Assembly: GCF_018350175.1 (NCBI RefSeq)
Contig: NC_058368.1
Coordinates: 160,396,001-160,460,000, forward strand
Source: Felis catus
Lineage: Eukaryota
Direction: 5' to 3'
DNA: 64,000 bases
This document shows positions 1 to 12,795 of this stretch, piece after piece (within the stretch, counting starts at the first letter, position 1; each line of letters starts with the position of its first letter). The translations under genes were made by a program, and so were the position numbers. The notes beneath the pieces were generated by a model that saw nothing but the letters and a program-made list of their open reading frames with translations, searched no databases and was not told where the DNA came from.

Positions 1-92
1 TAGATGCCCCTTCTAAGGTTGTTATCTAAGTTAAGAGAAATAATGCAAGCAAAATTTTGGTGATTGTGTCTCAAGTCCAATATAGTATTCTT

Positions 93-299
93 TTTTTTAA
101 TGTTTATTTATTTATTTTGAGAGATAGGGAGAGAGTACACAAATATGGGAGGGGTAGAGAGAGAGGGAGAGGGAGAGTCCCAAGCAGGCTCTGCACTGTC
201 AGTGCAGAGTCTGACGTGGGGCTTGACCCCATGAACCCAGAGATCATGATCTGAGCCCTAATCAGGAGTCAGATGCTTAACTGACTGAGCCACTCCAGC
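93..299 (-). mobile_element. CanSINE (SINEC_Fc2-like)
   Basis: Poly-T/TTTA tail, GA block and tRNA-derived head in reverse. TSD tccaatatagtattctt at 76-92 and 300-316. Confidence 0.95.
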
Positions 300-1258
300 T
301 CCAATATAGTATTCTTAGTAACAGTAGTAGTAATTATACATTTTATATTATAAAATTATAATTATATATAATTATAAATTCTAAATGTTTGTAAATTTTA
401 CTACTCATACAGGTATCTTGTCTGTTATAAGACAGAAGGAAGTAGGTATGTTTGCATGTGCAGTCCAGATCCCTGTTGTGTGAAATGGCAATGTTCATGG
501 CCACTCGCTTGTTCTCTTTCGCATAGACACAAATAGAGATAGAACACACCCACTTTCAGTCTACAGGAGAGTTGTTAGAAGTAGAATGGGGTTTCCTGAA
601 AAGCAGAAATAACTTTCTATTGTCAATGGTAACTGTAATTATTTTTCATGTTAATATGGTAAGAAGGAAAGCTATTTCTAATCTCAGTTTTCTGATATGG
701 CTAAGTAATTTCTCCATTTTCATCCAGAAAGTCATAGCCTAAACTAGGCTGCAGGTCTCTTAATTTCTCTAATCCTTCTAATACTTGCTTCACCATGATG
801 TCAGATTCATATGTTGGAAATCGAAAAAAAAATATATGGCTTATTAGCTAATGAGGGTCAGACAAAGAAATGGACAGAAGCCTGGAATTGAGTTGGGGAA
901 TCAATGTATAAAGTTGCTCATAGAAAAAAGAAAAAAAAGAGATGGAGGAGGCGTTAAAGGTAAACGGAATCAGAAACTAAAAGGTAGAAACTACATACCT
1001 GCAAAGGGAAAGAGTGGTAGTGACTTAAAAAGTTTCCAGAAAAGAAAAAAAAAAAAAGGAAAGGGTAAAAGTAAAAGACAGTAACAGAAAGTGAGCCGAG
1101 AGAACAAAAATCAGAACAAAGCAAAGGAACAGATTCCTGGCAGAAGGTATGATTAACAGTTATAGGCTCTCACTTCATTGGTTATGTTATAGGTTCTGAG
1201 GTTTTTTATGATTTTCATACCATAAACCATGCTTTGCTTTCATTTCTACAAATCTCAG

Positions 1259-1355
1259 TTGGGACCAGACGCATCCAGCAGTGACGGCAGAGATGGTACA
1301 ATGTAATCTAGGCGTCGTTAAATCCATTCTGGGAATCGTGGACGCTTTGGATTAG
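1259..1355 (+). other. Candidate (terminal) exon of an unidentified gene
   Basis: Pyrimidine-rich acceptor ending ctcAG at 1257-1258, and 6 CpGs in 97 nt within CpG-depleted DNA. Reads LGPDASSSDGRDGTM* (frame 0) or WDQTHPAVTAEMVQCNLGVVKSILGIVDALD* (+1). AATAAA at ~1926 and ~2043. Protein not recognised. Confidence 0.35.
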
Positions 1356-2191
1356 GTTAGATGGAAAGGGGAGTTATTTTGCAGTATTCAAATGTCTTCA
1401 GAGCATTTTTTTTCCTGTTATGCAAACTGAGATTACTCTGCTTAGGATGTAGAATTCCAAATGGATTTTTAGCTAGCTAAAATCAATGTGTAATGCAGAC
1501 ACAGGATTTACTGAAATGATGTTTCATGCTAGAAATGAAAGAGCTTAGCATGTTTCAACCAGTTAACTTCAGCAAAAAGAATTTCAGGTAACAGATAAAT
1601 GTTCAGTACCCAAGGACATGTGTCACACCCTGAGCATTGGATTTGGATATCAGTTGAGTGTGTTTGACTCTCAACTCATTTACGGTCCTTCAGGCAGTTT
1701 CATTTAGTATCTGTTTTGTAAACAGGTGTCACTAAAGAATTGATGACATGATAGAATTTTGAACCAAAGTCTCACCTTCTCCCTGAAAGCCTTAGTTTTT
1801 AGATTCAAACTGGAATCTTAGAATAGCTCTTTGCCTTTGCTTTGTTGGTGTTTAATAATCCTTTTGGGGGTTAATAGCTTCATAATAATAGCTCATGCTC
1901 CAACTCATCAGAAATGTTATCTGTTAATAAAATTAAATGAAGTACAAGTAATGCTTCAATAATTAAAAATTTCCCAAATTAAAAAATATAGAATATAATT
2001 AATAATATGCCATTATTTTTATCTTTTTGTCTACTCATAGAAAATAAACACTTTGTTTTTCTAGTTGCTGGGTAATCTAGGAGTATTTATTTTTTTTATA
2101 GGAGGCTTGTAATTATGTAGTATTTCACATTTGCCCAACAAAGTGTTCTTAAATATAAATACTAGTTCACAGTAGAAAGAGATTTCGAATT

Positions 2192-2192
<1 letters not shown>

Positions 2193-2236
<44 letters not shown>
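2193..2236. repeat. (TA)n microsatellite
   Basis: Direct reading. Confidence 0.95.
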
Positions 2237-2242
<6 letters not shown>

Positions 2243-2833
2243 ATAATATATATTGAAGTTTATTCTGTGTAATGATTTAAAAAGCTTTAAATTTTCTTAG
2301 TGACTGTGTAGTAGAGAAATATCATGTTCTTTCTGGATCTGTGTATCTGTGTGAGTTTTTGATAAATGAATGAAGGAAAATATAGAAACAAGTCACCATA
2401 GTCTTTGTCTCATGGTTTAATCAAATTTGCCCAATGCAAATTTAATCAGAACATTTGTTTCAAATGGCATATTCTTCTATGGAAATGCCTAGACAAAAGA
2501 TAGTAAAGAATGAATATGTGATGATGAAAAAGGAAATAAACTTCTAGGATTGCTTCTTGCCCCAGTCTCTGTGCAGAGCTGGCTAGCATGTAGGGCAAGA
2601 GCTACTCTGGTGACAGTTGTTAGTGTCAGTTGTCTGCAGAACCATCTTTCAAATACTGTATCTATAGGCACTAGTGAATCTCTAACTGGGTAAGGAGCAC
2701 AAAACTGAACTGTCGAGGCTTCGTAAGAATTTTGCAATATGAACACGCTTTTATATGCACTCTCATAAAAATCTCAATGAAATGTTTGAAACAGATGATT
2801 ATGCAAAATTTGATTTTCTCAAAAAGAGGAATT

Positions 2834-2967
2834 TTGATGGGGGTTGGGAGGGAGGGGAGGGTGGGTAATGGGCATCGAGGAGGGCACATGTTGGGATGAG
2901 CACTGGGTGTTGTATGGAAACCAATTTGACAATAAATTTCATATTAAAAATTAAAAAATAAAAAAAA
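2834..2967 (+). mobile_element. Feline L1 (L1_Fc-like) extreme 3' end
   Basis: G-rich tract followed by gatgagcactgggtgttgtatggaaaccaatttgacaataaatttcat and an A tail. Same terminus as the L1 at 43967-44080. Confidence 0.9.
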
Positions 2968-3184
2968 TCAGAAGTTATCTTTGAAGATGGGGATGGGAAG
3001 ATGAAACGAGTCACAGGAAAGAACAAGAACCCTCCTGGTTTCTTTTCCTGGGTTTCACCACATACTTCAGAACATTCTTCCAGGGTTGTTTGACCTAAAG
3101 GACTCCTACAAATCCAGTCTAATTCCAATTAATTCCAGTCTAATTCGTATTCTCAGAAATTACTAATACAGTGTCTTTAAATTT

Positions 3185-3365
3185 ACTAGTACTTACTGCA
3201 TGCCAGGCACTAAACTGTTCCCATTCAATCTTTATAAAAGTCCAAGACTATTGGCCCCATTTTGTATATTAGAAGACTAGCACAGAGAAGTAAATATTTT
3301 GGTCAAGATCATCCAGTTGGTAAATAAAGGAACAGAAATTTTAACTTAGATGTATCTAACTCCAC
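3185..3365 (-). mobile_element. MIR fragment
   Basis: cccattttgtatattagaagactagcacagagaagtaaat...ggtcaagatcatccag resembles the MIR core in reverse. Confidence 0.65.
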
Positions 3366-4842
3366 TCATACACTCATACATATTTGTACTAAATTTACTG
3401 TGTGATCGGAAGTTACATTAAATGTAACCTTCCAAAATGTTTCTATTTTATTTTGTCTCAGACCCATGACTGGTGTTGTGGTTTACTTGATGACTTTATA
3501 TGTTTTCTAAAAAACACATGTTGATAATCATGGAAAACATAGCTTCCAAATACATAGTTCAAAACACAAAGAATGTCACATAATTCTTTTTTTATGTTTA
3601 CAAAAGTCATTCAAAATAGAATGTGCCACATAATGGAACGTAAATACTTTCTCCAACAATGTAAAAAGGCAATCTCCTATCCCCCTTATTTTTATTAAAT
3701 AAGGCTATAGCTTCTTTCAACTGAACTTTAGCCCACTAGTAATTGTATTATTTTATACTGTCAAAAGTCTCCATGCTTCCTTTTCTAATGTGCCAAGGTC
3801 ACTTTCTCAATTATTTTCCTTTCTCAGTGGGTCATGATTTAGCAAGCACTACTCATATCATATACAACTAAAGTGATAGAAGGCCTAAATCCCCATATGA
3901 TCTAATTATATAAAAATTTGGCTAGCTATTATGCTAAATGTGCCCTTTGACCCGAAGAAAATATTTCGAAGATGTTTTGTTCACTGAGAACGATAAATGA
4001 GATGCATCAAAAGTTCCTTAACTAATTGAGAAATGCTTGAATGATCTTGTCTATTTGACTGCTACCTACTGGGATACATTTCACTGATGGTGTGAAAGAA
4101 ACTTTGGAATCTAATCAGTAAGGTGGAGCATTTTAAAGCAAGGGATTTGAAGATTAAAGAATAGTGTCATTGAGATGAGCTTCAAAAAAAAGAACACAAA
4201 AATACATGATCAAAGATTTAAGCAAAAAGATCTTTTTAAAGCAGAGAGATAAAATTCATTTAATTAGAACATGTTATTGAGAGAGATAAAATCTTTAGTC
4301 TGAAGCTAGAGGAAGATAGGCTATTATATTACTTTATCTTTGTTTAAGCATTAAAGCATACATATTATAGATAATGGATGTGCTTCTGCTTGGTAGTTGG
4401 GAGGTGGAGGGATCTGATTTCATGAGGTATATGTGGTACAATTTTGTAAGTCAGTTCATTTCAGCTACTTCCACAAAAACCACTCTAGCAAAGATTCGTG
4501 TGATCATTACCTTCTGAGGCTCAGTGAGATGCAGAAGACCTAGGTTTCATAGGATGGATAGTTAGCTTAAATGGTTGCATTATGTGGTAAATGATGGCAG
4601 GGGTCATTTAGCTTTGAATAGAGAACCCTAGTCCACGGAAAAAAACGTGCCTCTGACCTTGGCTAGCCATCTTGTAATGTCTGGTCATGACTACAACTGG
4701 GCCCTTGAGTAAAACCACTCAGATAGCTAGCAGTTCTCATTAGTGTTAATAAATGAGGTAGAACTATGTTGCTTTAGTTTTGTATGCAAAGGAGAGCAAA
4801 ACATTTGAGGCAGAGTGAGGCCTGGTAGTTCTTGAAGAAGGT

Positions 4843-5115
4843 TGTATTAGTCAAGGTACTCCAGAGAAACATAACAAACAGGATGGATACGTATATGTAG
4901 ATAACAGAATGTATTATTATATACAATATATAATTATATGTTAATATGTTAATATATATTGTAATATATTTATGTAATATATAATATGATGTTACATGTA
5001 TATATTTATATAATTATGTGCATATGTAAAATATGTCTATACTATAATACATATATTTTGCATATTATATACATACACATACATATTTATAATATAGAAA
5101 TAGTGTATGTATGTG

Positions 5116-5166
<51 letters not shown>

Positions 5167-5408
5167 AGAGACAGCAAGAGAGAGGGAGAGGGATTGATTA
5201 AAGAAATGATTTATATAGTTGTTTAGGATACATGAGGACAACATCTGATGGGGTAGTCCGTCAGGCTTTCAATTAAAGAACAAAGACAGTCTTTTAGCTG
5301 AATTTCTCTTGCTTCATGGAGGTCAGTCTTTATTCTAGTAAGGCCTTCAGCTGATTAGGTGAGGCACACCCACGTTATAGAGGATAATCTCCTTTACTCA
5401 AAATTGGC

Positions 5409-5439
<31 letters not shown>

Positions 5440-5731
5440 GAGAGAGAGTGAGCATGAGTGGGGAGGGGCAGAGGGAGAGTGAGAGAATCTTAGCCTCCAT
5501 GCTCAGTGTGGAGCCTGACATGGGGCTTGATCCCATGATCCTGGGATCACGACCTGAGCCAAAATCAGGAGTCAGATGCTCAACCAACTGAGCCACCCAG
5601 GTACCCCAAATTTGCAGATTTAAATGTGAATCTCATCCAAGGAAATTTAACAGAAATATACAGACTAATGTTTGACAAAATATCTAGTCATTGTTGTCCA
5701 GCCAAACTGACACATAAAATTAACCAACACA
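4843..5731 (-). mobile_element. ERVL solo LTR (MLT2-type) with internal AT/(TA)(GA) expansion and nested SINE
   Basis: Begins tgtattagtc..ccagagaaac and ends acataaaattaaccaacaca. Contains aaggccttcagctgattaggtgaggcacacccac, typical of MLT2. Confidence 0.85.
5411..5607 (-). mobile_element. CanSINE (older subfamily) nested in MLT2
   Basis: T29 tail, head ends gtacccc. TSD aaattggcag/aaatttgcag at 5401-5410 and 5608-5617. Confidence 0.93.
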
Positions 5732-5774
5732 AGGGATGTCTAAGTGAATTGTGGTACGTTTAGTTTATTAATGG

Positions 5775-6705
5775 GTAATCCAAGTAAGACCAATAAAATT
5801 GCCAATGCCAACTCCAGCAGCAGATTCAGATGATGATAGAAGATGGGCTGATCATCTGCAAGTTTGTGACTACCCATTTCAGTCTCAATGCAGAAAAAAT
5901 ACCTTGGCCCACTAGAAACGCAGGCATATATGGTCATAGGTAAGCAAATGTTTATGCCAGTGCTAGAATGCCTGCAGAGGTAATCTGGGTGTAAAGGATA
6001 GAATTTTGCTGCTTTGAAGACATACGCTATACTGCAGTCTGTTAAGTATGCATTAGTATTATGTCTCTCAAAAAGTACATATTTTAATTAAATATTTCAT
6101 GGCTAAAAGATGCTAACCATAATTAGAGTTTTCAGCAAGTTGTAATCACTAATCACAGATTTCCATAACAAATGTAATAATGGAAAAGTTTGAAATACTG
6201 TGAGAATCAACAAAATGTGACACAGAGACTCAAAGTAAGAAAATGCTGTTGGAAAAATGGCTCCAATGGACTTGCTCAGTGCAGGGTGGCCACAGACCTT
6301 CAATCTAAAAAAGCACTGTATCTTTGAAACCAAAAAGGCAAAGCACAGTGAAAGGACATATGCCTGTAATGTGAATGTAAGATTGATCACTACCTGCAGC
6401 ACAGTTTGTATCTGAAGATAAGGAGGAAATGTGTTCAGAAACCAGCAGATTATCGTGAACACACCCACAAGCTGAAGGCAGAAAAGGCCCACAAGAAGCT
6501 CTTGGCTGACCAGACTGAGGCCCATGGATCTCAAACCAAGAAAGCATGCAGGCACAGAAGAGCAGCTCCAGTCCAAGGAGGACGAAATCAGCAAAACTCT
6601 GCAAGGCAGAAGAGACCCAAGAAATAAATCACCCCTCTCTTGTCTGTACATAGTGGCTTGGCAATGACATAGATTAGTCATTTAACAAAACAAGACTTAC
6701 TCTGC
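5775..6705 (+). pseudogene. RPL19: RPL19 processed pseudogene, 5'-truncated and interrupted by a Tigger element
   Basis: 5' part encodes ..KTNKIANANS..QQI..EDGLII.., matching RPL19 [25 protein letters not shown]. 3' part gives LYLK..EHTHKLKAEKAHKKLLADQTEA..KK* (stop 6625-6627), followed by an RPL19-like 3'UTR (ttgtctgtacata..gacatagat). Intronless and frameshifted. Confidence 0.93.
6021..6366 (-). mobile_element. Tigger1-derived non-autonomous DNA transposon
   Basis: Minus strand starts caggcata...gattgaaggtctgtggccaccctgc...ccatttttccaacagca, the Tigger1 5' end. Flanking TA at 6367-6368. Internally deleted, with the other terminus largely missing. Confidence 0.85.
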
Positions 6706-9500
6706 ATGCCTCCACCACCTCCATTTCTCCCAAAAAGAAAGAATACAGAATGAAGTCCATAAGGGATGTCTGTGAAGGTCCATTAGTTGCTTTTTCTCCC
6801 TAGCAGATGCCTAGGCCTTCACTGTAGATTGAATCCAGTATAAGAGCTCCCAAAAGAGCAGGATTCAGGGCTTCTAGCCAGAGATTCATGGACATTATTA
6901 GTATGCCTACTCTTTCTGTATCCACACCCTTTTGGCTAAGGTTTCATATACATGCAAATTGTACACATCTAATATGTCAACACTGATTTAATGCAGTGGA
7001 CCTCATTAAGAACTTGGCAGGTCTCGTGTGTAGGTACTGATAAGGTGTCCTTGCTGGAAGTGGGATTTAGAATCCTAATTTATACACAACACGCACAGGA
7101 ACATAATAATACATGAGTCTTCTGTGCAAGAAGAGCACAGGATAGAAGGGAACAGAATTTGAGCTACCTTGAGTGTTACTCAAGAAAACTATTGTCTAGG
7201 AAGGGTATTCTTGTATGAAAAGGCAGAAGCTGTGAGGGGATGAGATGAGACCATTTGGAAGTTCTCTCCCACATGAGAGAAATAGGTCTCCTTCAGAACC
7301 TGGCATACATTTCATAAGAAAACATCTTATTTCCTAAATACCATTGAAAATATTAATATGAAATATCCTAGGGCATAGACACATAATAACAAGATACAGG
7401 TTGAAACAAAGCTGGAGTGATGAATGAAGGACATTTTCATGAAGAAAGAATATTCTACATAATAGATGGTATGATTAAGAAGATACATAATCTTAGCATT
7501 CTGGTGAAATTATCAGCCAATAAAAAGGAACAATGATAAATCAAAGAAAATCTCGATCAGAACAGGAAATAAAACTGTAATGTAGTATTGCATAATTATT
7601 TAAATAACATGTCTCCAAAAGGTAATTGATTTGACATTTTCTTTTGAAGTGCCAGTCTTCCATATCTCTCTCTATGGGTTCAATTACACTAAATAGTTAT
7701 GCAGAGAAAAATAGTTCTATAACTAGAAGTAAAATCACTATTGGTAAGTTTTTAAATTCTCTAAGTAAAACTTCAAAAAACTCACAGAAGGCTTAATGAG
7801 TGTTATGGAAAAATGTCAGTAATCTTTTTCAGTGACAGATATAATTGGTGACAAAATTTTATGTGACAAAGGAAGAGAATTGGAGAGAAGTCTATGGGAG
7901 TTTATTTCTTAAATTGAGTTTGGGGAAAGGCAAGATACACTAATTTTGTATGACAAAGTATAGGTTTAGGTAATAGATTAAATCATTATCCTGAAAAGAT
8001 CCAGCAACAGTAAGAATATAGAATCTTAGAGTATCTGAGTGGGGGTGACACATAATACTGTCTAGGTAAATGTATAGTATAAGACATGCTATTCTTCCGC
8101 TTGTCCTTCCAGAGGGGTTCTTTACTTGCTCTTTTGCCATTCTGATCAAGACTTTAGTTTTCTTATTTCTTCATTGTCTGTCTAGCCATTTGTCTGTTTC
8201 ATTACATCTGAGATCCCATGACTTAGATATTTACAAATAGGGATACTAACTTAATCTTAGTCATTTAATTAAATTCCATACGTATTCCATAAAAAATTAC
8301 ATATTCCATAGAAAAATCCCCTCTGCCACCCACCCAATTCTAATGTTTTTTTCTTTTCGTCAGGAAAGTAACTTTTTAGAGTTAACTAGGACCAGCTTTT
8401 GTTTCCTGATTATCTTGAAAAAGTGAGACACAGGTATTTAAGATCTCCTATTTAATTTTGCTACTGATGGAAGCCTAGAGGAATATCCATATAGGATTTC
8501 CTTACTTTTGGTCACATAGTTGAAATTTTAACATGTTGAATCTTCAACCTTCAAATATTTATAGAATGAAATGTATTTTTTAAAGGTATTTGATGCATGA
8601 TTCCTTCTTGGTTTAGATGACAAAGACTAGAGGCCTCAATTGCTTGATGACTTCTCAGGAGATTCTAAAGTATTATCCAGGTCCCAGTCTTTGAAGGGAA
8701 AGATAATTAGCATTACGTTCTTTTTGTGTGGGGAATTTTGTGTGGGGATTTTAGTTTTAGCTGGAGGAGCATACTAGAATAATGTAAGTAAGTAGGAACT
8801 CAAGGGATTTATTTTGGGGCTCAATATTTTGAAAACCTTATCTCACAGTGGCTGTGAACATTTCAGGTGTGGTTAAGCTTTAGCATCAGGATTTTGTTGA
8901 CTTTGGATAATGCTAATCATGTTTTCTTTGTGGCTGAATGCTAGCCCATGAAGTTGATTCTCTTCCAAATTACAGACCATGTAAACCTTCCCACCCTCTT
9001 CACAGTAAAACAAAGGAATAAAGTTACAAGGTCTTCATTTTTCAATCAAATAACATGTGATTGATAACATGAATCACCACAGAAATCAAAGTATAAAAGT
9101 CCCAGACCTGTCAGGTACCATTAAAAGCAAAGAAATTTATGGGTAACATTCTAAATCACTACCAGGGAGGGTTGCCAGTCTTTGTTACAGAAGTAAATTA
9201 ACAGGCACTTTTTTGGCTAAAACCGTGAGGAGGCATGTTGAATTCTGTTGTACAGTGCAACAATATCCCATTTAGTTCTAGTTGGATGTATTTGGCAACT
9301 TCTCCCATGTGTGTTACTTTAATACATTATACCTCATATAGCCATCTGGTCGCTACCATGAGGAGGGTGAAAATTACCTACTATTTAAAATAGGCTTATT
9401 CTTTGTTGTCAGGCAGAGATCTTTCTGGGCCCTGATGCATTGAAATTCCTTTGTCCTTCTTTTTACCCTGAATCGCACATGTCTTCTTGTAATTTAAGCT

Positions 9501-9503
<3 letters not shown>

Positions 9504-9535
<32 letters not shown>
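9504..9535. repeat. (TG)n microsatellite
   Basis: Direct reading. Confidence 0.95.
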
Positions 9536-9538
<3 letters not shown>

Positions 9539-10329
9539 AAATATGCACATGCACATGTTATGTGTCTATAAAAGAAACTTGGGTGCATCATTTTTTAAGA
9601 AATGGAAATTTTATTTTGCAGGTCTGGAGATTTTTCCAATATAATAATGTTACAAAATGTATGTGCAAAATGTTTAAGCGAATTTTGCTTCTCATTGAGT
9701 GGATTTGAAACATTTTTCAATTTCTCCTTAAAATCCATCCTGATTCAGAAAGAGCAACTTTTCTGTAAGACTTTCCAACTTTCCAGTAAGTTTCTCATAA
9801 CATGCCTGACATGTAATGACATGAAAGGTTAAGTATCAAAAATCTATATAAAATAATGTTTTTTGAATTGGGTAATATACATTTCTATATTTTTGGTTTT
9901 ACATATTCAAAATGAATTCTTCAATTTAAAGGAAATTAAAAATGAGAGGAAAAGTCTTTCCTATTAACCACATATTTATGTTTTCTAGCACTCTTCATTC
10001 CTTTGTGTAGATCCAAGTTTTTAGTAAATATTTTCCTTCTACATGAAGAACTTCCTTTAGTATTTCCTATAGTGCAGGTCTGCTAACACAAAGCCCTCTC
10101 GTCTTATCTGGCATCACTATTTAGCCTTAATTTTTTAATGACATGGGAATATGTTTATTGTTTAATAAAAATTCATATGCAGTGTATATTTTCATTTGTA
10201 TTAAAACTATAAATGTGCAGAAAGAAAGATTTTATATCAAAATGTTGCTGTAGTTAGTTTTTCATGAAGGGATTATAAATGATATTTTAATTTCTGTTTT
10301 TACCTAAATTGTTTTATTTTAGCATCATC

Positions 10330-10760
10330 TTTTATTATTGTGGTAAAAATATATATATTAATACATGATATAAATATATAAATGAATGATATATTAATAT
10401 CATTTTACTACTCACAAGTGTAGAATTAATTGGCATTAAATATATTTACAGCGTTGTATAACCACTACTATTATTTGTATCCAAACCATTTTCATCACCT
10501 GGCAAAAAATCTGTGCTTATTAAACAATAGCTCTCTCTTTCCGCTTTGCCCCAGCTCCTGGTAACCTCTCTTCTACTTTCTACCTCCATGAATTTGCCTT
10601 TTCTATGTACTTGCAATATTACTATGTAATTACTATGTAATTGCAATAATACCATATTTGACCTATGTTGGGCTTATTTCACTTAGGATAACAGTCTCAA
10701 GATCCATCCATCTTGTAGCATATATCTAAACTTCATTCCTTTTTATGGCTGAGAAAGATA
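10330..10760 (-). mobile_element. Old L1 (L1MB-like) 3' end
   Basis: ttattgtggtaaaa...cccagctcctggtaacctctcttctactttctacctccatgaatttgcct...ggcttatttcacttag. Confidence 0.8.
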
Positions 10761-12303
10761 TTCTTATATTTTAATCTTTGAAACTTAAATGTTCAAGGGC
10801 ATTCCAATAATAACTAATGGAAAAAAACCCTGAAAATATTTTATTAGTAAAGGCTTTGCCTCTGAACCCTATCTCGTCATTATTCAATTTGAGGTAATTA
10901 CATATATGTATTCTTATGATTTAGTAAACGGTGTTCTATTTATGTAGCTCTATACAAAACAAACTCTGTCCTTGTATTCTCCTCAAACTCTAATGCATAC
11001 AATCTGAGATACCCATATTTTAGGAAATAGCTTTTTTAAATGCTGCAATTTTCTTATTAAATTGAGTAAATATGTTTTTTTTTCCACAAAAGGTTATTGT
11101 ATACCTACTATATACTAGGCACTGACAGGTAAAAAGTGTTATTCACAAGCCATGCTCTCCCAATACTTATTGTTTGGTATAGGAGAGAAATAAATAAGCA
11201 ATTCTAATACAGTGGACAATCAGTGCTACAGAAAGTGCTCTGGAAGTAGACAGTAGGGTGTGACCAGCTGTCTAAAGAACAGGAAATCCTATAGAGGTAG
11301 CCCATAAGTTACATCAAAAAGTATAAATAGTAATTCTGTAGTTGAAGACAGAAGAAGGATTCTAGGCAGATCACACATGAAAACTCTTAACATATGTAGC
11401 ATGAAGAAAGAATGGTCAGAAATTTAACATAGTAGGAGATAGTGTGTAGAGGAAAGGGATAATATAGATGAGACATCAGTTTTCAAATTAAAGTGTTAAA
11501 GGTAACTATAAACAGTGACAGAATTTATTTTTCTCTTAAAAATCAAACTATATGAAGTACTTTGCATATAAACAATGATGATTTATATTAGGTATGTTTT
11601 ACTCTAATAAAAATAGGTAACTTACCTTTTTTGTTTGTTTTCTTTGAGGGCAGTGGGGTCTCATTGAGGGATCTTAAGCTTTGGAGTTTTTACTTTTAAT
11701 TCTATCACTAATGAGCTTGATTTCTTGAGTAAGTAGATGCAAATTTAACAAGATGAAAATAAATATGTCTCTGAAAATCACCCCCAGACAAAAGACTTAC
11801 CCCAAAGTTTTTAATAATTTTTCTATAGCTTTAGCTCCTATGTTTAGGTTGAGAAACCATTTTGAGTTCATTTTGATACATGACATGACATAGGTAAAAA
11901 TCCTGCTTCTTTTTTTACATGTGACTATCCCCTTATCCCAACACCATTTGTTGACAAGACCATTCTTTTTTCAATTTAGTTGACTTGGCAAACTTGTTGA
12001 GAATCACTTTAGCATAACTGTAGGGATTCTGGACTCTGAATTCTACCGCATTGGTCTGTATGTTATGTCTACCCATACACTAATACTATAGTATCTTGAC
12101 TATAGTGTCACTACTATAACTTTGTAGTGAGTTTTGACATCATGTATGATAATTAACTTTTGATTTCATTTATTATCTCAATTGACTTTTCTGTTTTTTG
12201 TTTCAGTTGTTTTTGCTCTAATGTTAATTTTTTCCTTCTTTCTACTTGCTTTGGTTTTTTCTCTTCTTTTTTAACGTGGAAGGTTAGGTTAGTGCTTTGG
12301 CTT

Positions 12304-12540
12304 AATCTGTCTGTCTATCTATCTATCTCTCTATCTATATATCTAAGTTTATTTATTTATTTTGTGTGTGAGAGAGAGAGGACCAGTTGGGGAGGGCAGA
12401 GAGACAGGGAGGGAGAGAAAAACCCCACCAGGCTCCATGCTGACAGAGCCCAATGTGGGGCTCAACCACAGGAACCGTGAGGTCATGACCTGAGCTGAAC
12501 CAAGAGTCAGAGGCTTAACCGACTGGGCCACCCAGTTGCC
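12304..12540 (-). mobile_element. CanSINE with (CTAT)n-type tail
   Basis: SINE body in reverse. Imperfect TSD tgctttggctt/tgatttggctt. Confidence 0.9.
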
Positions 12541-12552
12541 ATGATTTGGCTT

Positions 12553-12795
12553 TTATTTACAATTAAAATATAGTTGACACACAGTGCTATATTAGTTTCA
12601 AGGATACAACATAGTGATTTGACAAGTCTACACCTTATGTTATGCTCACCAAAAGTGTGGCTACCATCAGTTGACATACAATGCTATAATAATATCCTTG
12701 AGTATATTTTCCTGTGTTGTACTTTTTATCACTGTGACTTCATAACTGGAAGCCTGCATCTTCCACTCTGCATCATCCACTTTGCCCATCCCCTC
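12553..12795 (-). mobile_element. Carnivore L1 3' end fragment
   Basis: atatagttgacacacag...ttatgttatgctcacc..gctaccatc. Same terminus as the element starting at 28616. Confidence 0.8.

Noticed and set aside
2815..2985. TSD around the short L1 at 2834
   Set aside because: No matching direct repeat found; I cannot tell target deletion from decay.
6103..6681. 192-aa minus-strand ORF
   Set aside because: Antisense of the RPL19 retrocopy running into Tigger sequence.
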